In this document: positions 56,150 to 64,000 of the stretch, one piece after another
Position numbering within the stretch: the first letter of the stretch is position 1
Layout of the letters: every line of letters begins with the position of its first letter
Origin: an uncultured Candidatus Micrarchaeota archaeon
GTDB taxonomy: Archaea > Micrarchaeota > Micrarchaeia > Anstonellales > Bilamarchaeaceae
Assembly (NCBI GenBank): GCA_963714085.1
Contig: OY970229.1
Location: forward strand, 1,312,001-1,376,000
Length of the DNA stretch: 64,000 nt
Reading direction: 5' to 3'
The notes under the pieces: generated by a model
The model's database searches: none
What the model was told of the DNA's origin: nothing
What the model saw: the letters and a program-made list of their open reading frames with translations, nothing else
Position numbers and translations under genes: made by a program

Positions 56150-56758
56150 TTGCAGGACGAAAGGGGGAAAGTGCTCGGATTCAGGCCACATGCTCCAGGG
56201 GCGCAAACCCCGGCACCCGTTAGGCTGCCGGAGCCCAGCGTGGACTCGAAGCGCGAACAGGTGCTTCCCATCGTAGGTGGCGTGATCAAGGGAGCCGAGA
56301 TCTACATGAAACGCGTGGCGCGCCAATGCGCCTGCTCCATGCTTAACCACGACCAGGCAGTATCTGAAATGGCGCGGGCAAAAGCCATATATGACATGGG
56401 GAAATTCTACGAATCCGCGCTTGGCGGGGTCGCGAAGAAAGTCCCCCATGCCCGGGACGCGGTGGTGGAGTCGGCAGAGGCCTTCGCAGACGCTGTGAAG
56501 GAGGGCAATTACCTGCCCGAATCGGTCCATGTGCCCAAGTTAAGCCACGAACTAGAGATCCTGCGCGTATGGGAGATGTACAACGGCTTCGTTCCGGAAA
56601 CCATGAGATCCGAAATTCCGGAAACCCGGGAAACGCCTCTGAGTATGCTTTCCGGTATAGGCGTGAGCGTGAAAGAGTTCGCATCTGTCTTCGCGGATGC
56701 CGAGCAGCTTCTCAGGTTCACTATGGAAGCCCTGACTCCCCCGCCGGTCATATCATAA
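56150..56758 (+). CDS. Hypothetical protein
   Basis: 202-aa ORF, GGTGA SD before TTG. Confidence 0.6.
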   Translation: MQDERGKVLGFRPHAPGAQTPAPVRLPEPSVDSKREQVLPIVGGVIKGAEIYMKRVARQCACSMLNHDQAVSEMARAKAIYDMGKFYESALGGVAKKVPHARDAVVESAEAFADAVKEGNYLPESVHVPKLSHELEILRVWEMYNGFVPETMRSEIPETRETPLSMLSGIGVSVKEFASVFADAEQLLRFTMEALTPPPVIS

Positions 56759-58318
56759 TTCTGAGATCAGGTCTATCAGGCTGTTCCTGAGCTCCTTGCC
56801 CCAGGTCGATGCGAATTTCCATAGGTTGCGCTCTGCGCTCTTCGCATTCGCTCCTTCGCGCGCCCTTACCGACCATATGAGGTCATCACCGCCCCGGACC
56901 GCGCCCTTTTCGAGGTGCCTTTCCACGGTCGCGATGACGCCAGCCGCATGAACGGAAGCGTTTGGGTGGGCGCGCCTCACGGAATCGAAGGCCGCGGATA
57001 CGATCTCCCTCCGCATGATGTCTATCGCGCCCACGATCAGGTCCAGGTAGGTCAGCACCTGGGTGGGTTTGCGTACGCCCATGCCCTCGAGCGAAAGCGC
57101 GGCGCGCAGGTCGTTGGTGTGCATGTCTGATGCGTCTATGGCGATCGCAGCCGGTGCCATGGTCCTGCCGACCCCGTTCGCAGCCATCCTCCTCTCGAGC
57201 GCCGCATTCACCTTCTCCGCCGCGATGCCTGGCGCGCCAGCGACTATGAATATGAGATTGGAGCCCGTGCGCCCGACCGCCATGCCCTGGCCTTCCACGT
57301 CCTTCAACGCCATGCCCGCGAGCTTGATCAGGTGGTCCGAAGCCTGCTTGCCCATATAAGTGTTTGAATAGCTCAGGCCGAACCTTCCGGAGAATATCTC
57401 CGCCAGCCCTTTCTTGCTGTGGTGTATGAAATCCAGGGGCGCGAACCTGTCATTCTGGCTCCTGTGGCTGAACTTGACTTCCACTGCGGACAGCCCCTTG
57501 GGCAGTATCATGGGCTCGTGTTTCCCTAGTCCGGGCTCGGGTTCTCCCTTTGGGAACGCGGGCCTGAACGCGGGGGGCATGCTGGGCACGAACCAGAGCT
57601 CCTCTCCCTCCGCCTTCACCACCGCCTCGTGGACGAATCCCGGCTTCAGCATTTCCGAAGTCACGATCTGCGGCTCGCTTATGTGGCTTTCTGCCACCAA
57701 CTCGGGCCTATTGAGGGCCCTTGAATATCTGCCCAGGTCCATGGGCACCAGCTCCACGCTCTCCTGCCCGTCAGTCCCGAACACGAGTTTCCTGACGTGG
57801 TATCCATACTCGGGCAGCTGCTCCATGTATTCCCTCAGCACCTGCGCGTGAACGTCAGCGAACTTCTCACGGCCTGTCTGGGAAAGCTGTTTCCGGTCTC
57901 CGGTCGCTATGAGTAGGATCTCGTCCGATACCGGGGAGTGCCTGACCAGGTAGGGATTGCCGCAGCCGGGTCCGTAAACCCTGGCCATGGTCGTTGCGAG
58001 CACGTCCATGTACAGCGCGAGCGCGGCGCCCCCGGCGCCATCGTGGTCGCCGGTCCGGTTTATCTGGTTCTGGCGTGCCTTGTCCGCACCGATTACCACG
58101 CATGCCGCCCCCTGGCGCGTGGCAGCCCTCTGCATAAGCGTCTCTTCTATCTCTCTCACGAACGCAGTCTTCTCCGGGACAGCGCCGCTGGAGCACACCG
58201 CCCATCTTCCCTCGTGCCTGAGCCGCTCGCACAGGGGCAGGACGCTCGAGAGCCTCGGCTCGGGGTCGACGTAGGCCGGCCATTGCTTCAGCGTCCTGGC
58301 GAGTTTTTGTGTGTTCAT
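56753..58318 (-). CDS. Hypothetical protein with two degenerate GGDEF-like segments
   Basis: GADK..NQINRTGDH..RHSPVSDEILL and SNTYMGKQASDHLI..VGRTGSNLIF. Confidence 0.55.
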   Translation of the reverse strand: MNTQKLARTLKQWPAYVDPEPRLSSVLPLCERLRHEGRWAVCSSGAVPEKTAFVREIEETLMQRAATRQGAACVVIGADKARQNQINRTGDHDGAGGAALALYMDVLATTMARVYGPGCGNPYLVRHSPVSDEILLIATGDRKQLSQTGREKFADVHAQVLREYMEQLPEYGYHVRKLVFGTDGQESVELVPMDLGRYSRALNRPELVAESHISEPQIVTSEMLKPGFVHEAVVKAEGEELWFVPSMPPAFRPAFPKGEPEPGLGKHEPMILPKGLSAVEVKFSHRSQNDRFAPLDFIHHSKKGLAEIFSGRFGLSYSNTYMGKQASDHLIKLAGMALKDVEGQGMAVGRTGSNLIFIVAGAPGIAAEKVNAALERRMAANGVGRTMAPAAIAIDASDMHTNDLRAALSLEGMGVRKPTQVLTYLDLIVGAIDIMRREIVSAAFDSVRRAHPNASVHAAGVIATVERHLEKGAVRGGDDLIWSVRAREGANAKSAERNLWKFASTWGKELRNSLIDLISEL

Positions 58319-58622
58319 GGTACTACCGCTATGGTGTTGCTGTAAGTATATATATGCGATAAACAGTATTTAAACCTATGGTTTTTCACTTTCTAACACA
58401 AAATGGGCCAGCGGGCCGGCCCTGGCCCGCCATCCGGCCTCCCCCGCCTTGAGATTCGTTTAAAAGCTTTTCTTTCCATACCCTTTTCCTGCGTATTATT
58501 TCCGGCGCAGAAGGGGTTTCCCCTTCGCCTCGAGAACATGTTTCCCGGGGTCCCGTGTCAACCGATAGGAGACTCGCTCTCTGAACGGTTTTCGGGCTAG
58601 CGCACGAAATAGGTGCAAATGC

Positions 58623-59567
58623 ATGGTAGACATCAATAAACCGAGACGAGGTTCCATGGGCTTCAGGCCCAGGAAGAGGGCCACGACCCAGAACGTGAGG
58701 GTATGCTGGCTTCCGGTGGCTGACAAGAGGGTCACCGGGTTCGCAGGCTACAAGGTGGGCATGACGCACGTCTCCTACACCGACCTGACGGAATCTCCGA
58801 CGAAGAACCAGGAGATCATGTCCGCGGCTACGGTCATCGAGGTGCCGCCCATGGTGGTCTACGGGGTCCGCTGCTACGACGCCGCGCGCTCCATAGGGGA
58901 CATACTCGCGCAGGACGAGAAGATACTCGCGACGCTTCGGATGAAGAAGAAGCAGCAGAAGGAGATAAAGGATGCCGAAGTGATGGATGTCCGCCTCCTG
59001 GCCTTCAGCCAGCCGGACAAGACGCTCATCGGCAAGAAGCACATAGAGTCCATGGAGCTCGGTCTCGGCGGCAAGGACGCGAAGGAGAAATTAGAGCTCG
59101 CGAAATCGCTCCTGGGCAAGGAGCTCAAGGCCAAGGGCATATTCAAATCAGGCGAATTCGTGGACCTCTGCGCAGTGACCAAGGGCAAGGGCTGGCAGGG
59201 GCCGGTGAAGCGCTTCGGGATCGCGAAACAGAGGCGCAAGGCCACGAACAAGGCGAGGCACGTCGGTACGCTGGGCCAGTGGCACCCGGCCTACGTATTA
59301 TATACGGTGCCGCAGGCGGGCCAGACCGGCTACCACACGAGGACGGAGCTCAACAAGCAGCTGCTCGCGGTGAAGGCCTCTGACGCCATAAACGACATAA
59401 ACCCGAAAAGCGGATTCCCCGGATACGGGTTCGTGAAGAACGATTACGTCATAGTGAAGGGCTCGGTTCCGGGCCCTGTGAAAAGGCTTGTTAAGCTCAG
59501 GCTCGCGGGAAGGGCCAAGACGGCGAAGGAGACCCCGTTGTCATACGTCTCCCTAGAGCCCAGGTGA
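58623..59567 (+). CDS. rpl3: Ribosomal protein uL3
   Basis: PRRGSMGFRPRKR, GYKVGMTH, TKGKGWQG. Confidence 0.98.
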   Translation: MVDINKPRRGSMGFRPRKRATTQNVRVCWLPVADKRVTGFAGYKVGMTHVSYTDLTESPTKNQEIMSAATVIEVPPMVVYGVRCYDAARSIGDILAQDEKILATLRMKKKQQKEIKDAEVMDVRLLAFSQPDKTLIGKKHIESMELGLGGKDAKEKLELAKSLLGKELKAKGIFKSGEFVDLCAVTKGKGWQGPVKRFGIAKQRRKATNKARHVGTLGQWHPAYVLYTVPQAGQTGYHTRTELNKQLLAVKASDAINDINPKSGFPGYGFVKNDYVIVKGSVPGPVKRLVKLRLAGRAKTAKETPLSYVSLEPR

Positions 59568-59572
59568 TGTCT

Positions 59573-60325
59573 ATGAAAGCCACCGTATATTCACTAGAAG
59601 GGAAGGTCCTCAAGCAGATAGAGCTGCCGCAGCAGTTCGAGGCCGCGGCAAGGGACGACCTCATAAAGAGGGCGGTCCTGAGCGAGGAGAGCAAGCTCTA
59701 CCAGCCGAAGGGCAACTACAAGTTCGCAGGACTCGAGACCAGCGCCAGGTACAAGGGGCGCAAAGAGGATTTCGGTACGGTCAAGAACAAGGGCATCCCG
59801 CACCTGCCCCACGAGGTCCTTCCGAAGGGCCAGCTGGGCAAGGTGAAGAGGGTCCCGCACGCGGTGAAAGGAAGGCGCGCGCATCCGCCCAAGCCGGAGA
59901 AGATACTCATCGAGAAGATGAACCCGAAGGAATACCAGAGGGCGCTCATATCCGCGATCGCCATGACCGCGGACCGCAAGGCCGTGGTCGCGCGCTGCAG
60001 CAGCGACATAGGCGTCTCGCTCCCGATCGTGATGGAGGACTCCTTCGAGAAGCTGGCCAAGACCAGCGACGTGGAGAAGGTGCTCGTCGCGCTCAAGCTC
60101 GACCGGTTCGTAGAAAAGGCGAAGAGGTCCGGCAGCAAGGCTCCGCTCATGGTGGTGGCCGGCGGCGCGGTGCTCAAAGCCGCAAGGAACCTCCCTGGCG
60201 TGGACGTGGTGACCGCGGACGCGCTCCAGGTGAGGCAGCTCGCCCCGGGCACGCACCCGGGCAGGATAACGCTATTCTCGGAATCTGCCCTGCTCAAGCT
60301 GGGCCAGAGGTTCGCAGGTGGATGA
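59573..60325 (+). CDS. rpl4: Ribosomal protein uL4
   Basis: GRRAHPPK, RNLPGVD, LAPGTHPGR. Confidence 0.97.
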   Translation: MKATVYSLEGKVLKQIELPQQFEAAARDDLIKRAVLSEESKLYQPKGNYKFAGLETSARYKGRKEDFGTVKNKGIPHLPHEVLPKGQLGKVKRVPHAVKGRRAHPPKPEKILIEKMNPKEYQRALISAIAMTADRKAVVARCSSDIGVSLPIVMEDSFEKLAKTSDVEKVLVALKLDRFVEKAKRSGSKAPLMVVAGGAVLKAARNLPGVDVVTADALQVRQLAPGTHPGRITLFSESALLKLGQRFAGG

Positions 60326-60326
60326 C

Positions 60327-60578
60327 ATGATGCTTATCGCGCCATTGAAGACGGAGAAGGCCGTTGGGAAGATAGAGTTCGAGAACGCGCTCACGTTCCG
60401 GGTGACCATGAACGCCACCAAGGAGGGCGTCAAGAAGGACGTCGAGTCGCTGTTCAACGTGAAGGTCGCATCGGTCCGCACGCTCATAGCCGCCAAAGGC
60501 GAGAAGCACGCGGTCGTGAAGCTCGCCAAGGAGTTCAAGGCCGACGACGTGGCCACGAAGCTCAAGATGATCGCTTAA
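60327..60578 (+). CDS. rpl23: Ribosomal protein uL23
   Basis: TEKA..ENALTFRV..ATK..LFNVKV. Confidence 0.96.
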   Translation: MMLIAPLKTEKAVGKIEFENALTFRVTMNATKEGVKKDVESLFNVKVASVRTLIAAKGEKHAVVKLAKEFKADDVATKLKMIA

Positions 60579-60590
60579 CGGTGAACGCTT

Positions 60591-61349
60591 ATGGGAAAGA
60601 GACTAAAACAGCAAAGGAGGGGAAGCGGGAGTCCGTCTTACCGGTCTCCGCACACGCGCTACAAGGTAGACTTGATGTACAGGACCTACGACGACACCGA
60701 GAAGGCCAGCGTGCTCACGGGCACGGTGCTCGCCTTCGTGGACGACCCTGCCAGGGACGCGCCGCTGATGAAGGTCCGCTACGAGAACAACGAGTCCGGC
60801 TACCTGCTCGCGCCCGAGGGCATCGCGAAAGGCGACACCGTCGACCTGGGCGCCCAGGCGAAGCTGAAGCTCGGCTCCGTGCTTCCGCTCTATCGGTTCC
60901 CGGACGGTGCGTACATATTCAATGTGGAAAGGAACCCGGGGGACGGGGGCAAGCTGGTCCGCGCGCCGGGCTCCTTCGCAACCGTGATCTCCAAGGAGGA
61001 CAGGTACGTCTACCTGAAGCTCCCGAGCAAGACCACGCTCATACTCTCAAACGAATGCAGGGCGCAGCTGGGGATAGTCGCCGGCGGCGGAAGGGGCGAG
61101 AGGCCCCTCATGACCGCAGGCGCCGCGCACTACAAGTACCACGCGCGCAACCGCTACTGGCCGCAGCTAAGGGGCGTGCACATGGCCGCTTATTGCCACC
61201 CGCACGGGGGCAAGCAGCACCACGTGGGCAAGCCCACGACTGTAGCGAGAGGGACTCCGCCCGGAGGCAAGGTCGGACACATCGCGGCCAGGAGCACCGG
61301 AAGGAGGAAGGCCAAGAAACAGGGCGCCGACGAGGAAGCCCAAAGGTGA
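60591..61349 (+). CDS. rpl2: Ribosomal protein uL2
   Basis: MGKRLKQQRRG, HPHGG, PPGGKVGHIAAR. Confidence 0.98.
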   Translation: MGKRLKQQRRGSGSPSYRSPHTRYKVDLMYRTYDDTEKASVLTGTVLAFVDDPARDAPLMKVRYENNESGYLLAPEGIAKGDTVDLGAQAKLKLGSVLPLYRFPDGAYIFNVERNPGDGGKLVRAPGSFATVISKEDRYVYLKLPSKTTLILSNECRAQLGIVAGGGRGERPLMTAGAAHYKYHARNRYWPQLRGVHMAAYCHPHGGKQHHVGKPTTVARGTPPGGKVGHIAARSTGRRKAKKQGADEEAQR

Positions 61350-61353
61350 CGCT

Positions 61354-61752
61354 ATGGCAAGGAAATACACGTACAAGGGGATCTCCGAGGAGGAAATCCC
61401 GAACATACCGATGGATCAGTTCGTGAAGATATCCACTTCCAGGACCAGGAGGACGCTGCTGCGCCTGAAATTCAATCCCAGGCTCAAGGCGTTCATAGAC
61501 TCGGTCCGGAACGCCAAGAAGACCAACCCGAAGAAGATGATAAAGACGCATGTGCGCGACGCGCCCATACTGCCCGAGTGGGTGGGGCTCGTGTTCGGGG
61601 TGCACAACGGCAAGGAATTCAAGCGCGTGGACATCACGGTCGACAAGGTCGGCAGGCGCCTCGGCGATTTCTCGCACACCACCACAAGGGTGCTCCATTC
61701 GGGGCCGGGTGTGGGAGCCACAAGAGGCTCGAAGTTCGTGCCGCTTAAGTAG
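61354..61752 (+). CDS. rps19: Ribosomal protein uS19
   Basis: KTHVRD..VHNGKEF..GVGATRGS. Confidence 0.97.
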   Translation: MARKYTYKGISEEEIPNIPMDQFVKISTSRTRRTLLRLKFNPRLKAFIDSVRNAKKTNPKKMIKTHVRDAPILPEWVGLVFGVHNGKEFKRVDITVDKVGRRLGDFSHTTTRVLHSGPGVGATRGSKFVPLK

Positions 61753-61762
61753 AGTGGTCAGC

Positions 61763-62434
61763 ATGAAAGGTTACTCACTGGAATTCGACACAAAGGAATG
61801 CGCCTCCGCGAGGCTGGAAGGCGTCGACGCCTCATACAAGGACCTCTCCGAGGTCTGCGGCAGGATAAGGAGGAAGAACTCCGTATGGGCGCTGACCTTC
61901 CTGGAGAAGGCCGCGGCCGCGGAGATACCCATCCTCTATAGGACGCACAACACCAAGCTCGGCCATCGCAGGGAGCTCGGCGGAAAGCAGGGCCGATACC
62001 CGAAGAAGGCCGCTGGCATAGTGCTAAAAGTCCTCGAATCCGCGATAGCCAACGGGATGGCCAAGGGGCTGGGCGAGGTCTACACCATACGCACGTCCAC
62101 GGCGAACAAGAAGTTCTCCTACCCGCGCATGGCGCCAAAGGGCCGGACCGCGCGCTCCTACTACGAGCTTTCGCGGATCGAGATAGTGCTCAAGCCGTCG
62201 GCCACAGCGCCGAAGGCGAAGCCGGAAGCCAAGAAGGACGCCAAGCCGGAGCCGAAGAAGGACGAGAAGGCGGTGGCAAAAGCCGAGGACAAGAAGGCCG
62301 AACCACGCGCGACGCTCCCCCACGAGCACAAGCACGAGATCGAGAAGGAGGGGCAGTCCGCACACACTCACCACGACCAGTACGCAGTAGATCGTACGAA
62401 GGCGAGGAAGACGGAGATCAATAACGCGAGGTAA
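61763..62434 (+). CDS. rpl22: Ribosomal protein uL22 with long C-terminal extension
   Basis: GRYPKKAA, SAIAN, PKGR; ATG 61763. Confidence 0.95.
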   Translation: MKGYSLEFDTKECASARLEGVDASYKDLSEVCGRIRRKNSVWALTFLEKAAAAEIPILYRTHNTKLGHRRELGGKQGRYPKKAAGIVLKVLESAIANGMAKGLGEVYTIRTSTANKKFSYPRMAPKGRTARSYYELSRIEIVLKPSATAPKAKPEAKKDAKPEPKKDEKAVAKAEDKKAEPRATLPHEHKHEIEKEGQSAHTHHDQYAVDRTKARKTEINNAR

Positions 62435-62438
62435 TGGA

Positions 62439-63206
62439 ATGCTTTACCACGACAAACTTATCGAGGAGTACTATACGAAGTACAAGATAATGAAGTACCT
62501 GGAGAAGGAGCTCGACAGGGCCGGCCTTGCGAGCATAGACATCCAGCGGACCCCGCTGGTGACCAGGATCACCCTCGAGGTGACCAACCCCGCGAGGATC
62601 ATCGGCAGGAAGGGCAGGCTCATCAACGAGCTCACAGACAACATCAAGAGGGAGTTCGGCATAGAGAACCCGCAGATATCGGTCATAGACGTGCGCGAGC
62701 CGTTCCTCGAACCGAGGATGGTGGCGAAGCGCGCCGCTAAATACATAGAGATGGGCAAGAAGGTGCGCGCAGTTTTGCACTACCTGCTGAAAGAGGTCAT
62801 CCGCGCAGGAGCGCTAGGAGCGGAGATCGTCGCCTCTGGGAAGATAGGCGCAAAGGGCGCGAAGGCCAAGAGGCTGCGCGTCTCAGGCGGCTACATACCC
62901 CAGGCCGGCGAGCCGGTGCGCCTCGTGCGCGTCGCGCACCTGGCCGCGAACACCAAGTCCGGTGTCATCGGCGTGCTGGTCAGGATAGTCCCTCCGGGCA
63001 CGGTGTTCCCGGGCCAGAAGGTGGAGGCGGTCCCGCTGCCCAAGGTCGTGCAGAGCGCGGAATCCGTCGAGGCCCCGAGCCCTCCGGAAGCACGCCCCAC
63101 GCACGCGAGCACCGCAGAAGCGGAGCAGCACGGGCGCGGAACGCGCGGCCATGACAACCGCGGACACGGCGGCCATGGGTACAGGCCCAGGCCCCCAGGC
63201 AGGTGA
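62439..63206 (+). CDS. rps3: Ribosomal protein uS3
   Basis: KH domain IIGRKG, GALGAEIVASGK, GVIGVLVRI. Confidence 0.96.
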   Translation: MLYHDKLIEEYYTKYKIMKYLEKELDRAGLASIDIQRTPLVTRITLEVTNPARIIGRKGRLINELTDNIKREFGIENPQISVIDVREPFLEPRMVAKRAAKYIEMGKKVRAVLHYLLKEVIRAGALGAEIVASGKIGAKGAKAKRLRVSGGYIPQAGEPVRLVRVAHLAANTKSGVIGVLVRIVPPGTVFPGQKVEAVPLPKVVQSAESVEAPSPPEARPTHASTAEAEQHGRGTRGHDNRGHGGHGYRPRPPGR

Positions 63207-63211
63207 TTTTG

Positions 63212-63481
63212 ATGCCAGTGCTACGTACGAACGATATCAAGAAGATGTCTCCCAAGGAGATCCAGGCCAAGATGGCGCAGCTGGAGCGCACGCTCCTCGA
63301 ACTGGAGGGCGAAGGCAAGCACGAGAAGAGGAAGCCGGTTAAGAAGGCGATAGCCAAGCTGTTGACCGCGATCTCGCTCGCCAAGAAGGCAGCGGGCGCT
63401 CCCAAAACATTAAATACGGGTTCCGCTCCAAAAACATTAAATAGAGGCCCGGCCCCTAATATAAAAGCAGGAAAAAGGTGA
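63212..63481 (+). CDS. rpl29: Ribosomal protein uL29 with repeat tail
   Basis: LRTNDIKKMS..KKAIAKLLT; operon position. Confidence 0.92.
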   Translation: MPVLRTNDIKKMSPKEIQAKMAQLERTLLELEGEGKHEKRKPVKKAIAKLLTAISLAKKAAGAPKTLNTGSAPKTLNRGPAPNIKAGKR

Positions 63482-63491
63482 ATGAGAAAAG

Positions 63492-63812
63492 ATGGCTGAT
63501 ATCTGCAACAAGTGCGGAATGCTCAAGGACCTCTGCGTATGCGAGATCCTTGACAAACAGGGAGTAGCGAAAATCAAGATTTTTACGACCAAGAAGAAAT
63601 TCAAGAAGCTGGTCACCATCGTGGAGGGCATAGACAGCGCCCAGATAGAGCAGACCACGAGGGAATTGAAGCACAAGCTCGCCTGCGGCGGCTCGGCCAA
63701 GGAGGGCGTGATAATCCTCCAGGGCGACCACAAGAAGAAGGTTCCGGGGGTTCTCAAGGCGCTGGGATACCTGCCAGAGAGCATCGAGGTCTCGGAAAGG
63801 TTCGGCGGATGA
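63492..63812 (+). CDS. sui1: Translation initiation factor aIF1/SUI1
   Basis: CNKCGMLKDLCVC, LACGG, LQGDH. Confidence 0.96.
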   Translation: MADICNKCGMLKDLCVCEILDKQGVAKIKIFTTKKKFKKLVTIVEGIDSAQIEQTTRELKHKLACGGSAKEGVIILQGDHKKKVPGVLKALGYLPESIEVSERFGG

Positions 63813-64000
63813 GTTCCGTGAGGAACAAAAGCAATCTTCTTTATTCCACTTTCATAGGCCTAGCCGTGGAGATATCGAACAGCTCGCAGCGCGAGCTCGT
63901 CGGCTTGAAGGGGAAAGTGGTCGACGAGACGAAGAACCTGATCGTGATCGAGAAGCCCGACGGGAAGGAGACCAGGATCCCGAAGGCGTCTGCAGAGTTC
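63809..64000 (+). CDS. rnp1: RNase P protein Rpp29 (partial)
   Basis: FIGLAVEI..GLKGKVVDETKN..IPK; follows sui1. Confidence 0.92.
   Translation, partial: MSSVRNKSNLLYSTFIGLAVEISNSSQRELVGLKGKVVDETKNLIVIEKPDGKETRIPKASAEF

Noticed and set aside
58404..58431. GC-rich inverted repeat between divergent promoters
   Set aside because: Single hairpin with no other support; also not SRP or RNase P RNA.

Overview
Chromosomal segment of a GC-rich archaeon, most likely DPANN (Micrarchaeota-like; inferred from gene content and sequence style, not searched). Core content: uvrB-uvrA-uvrC, XPF nuclease, beta-CASP nuclease, a NikR-like regulator with a ZnuABC-type transporter, two large surface proteins, AmmeMemoRadiSam A/B, ksgA, stand-alone 5S rRNA, ftsZ-secE-spt5, glyA, thiI, cbf5-rpl14e-cmk and the start of the uL3 (S10-like) operon. 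There are three tRNAs (His and Ser with introns, Gly without). Orphan and accessory genes are interspersed. Most notable signals: (1) two independent cases where a convergent accessory gene is bracketed by a diverged duplicate of the neighbouring core gene's 3' end (uvrC/argC; DUF357/495-aa orphan); (2) three mosaic 80-120 bp repeats with an invariant 24-bp core separating AT-rich genes in the first 3.1 kb; (3) a fluoride-riboswitch-like aptamer with an SD-sequestering hairpin ahead of an unannotated 50-aa Zn-ribbon protein, which has a paralog elsewhere in the window; (4) a wHTH gene with a palindromic operator, a structured leader and two tandem covarying structured RNAs downstream; (5) a protein with two degenerate GGDEF-like domains. 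No CRISPR array, transposase or integrase was seen.
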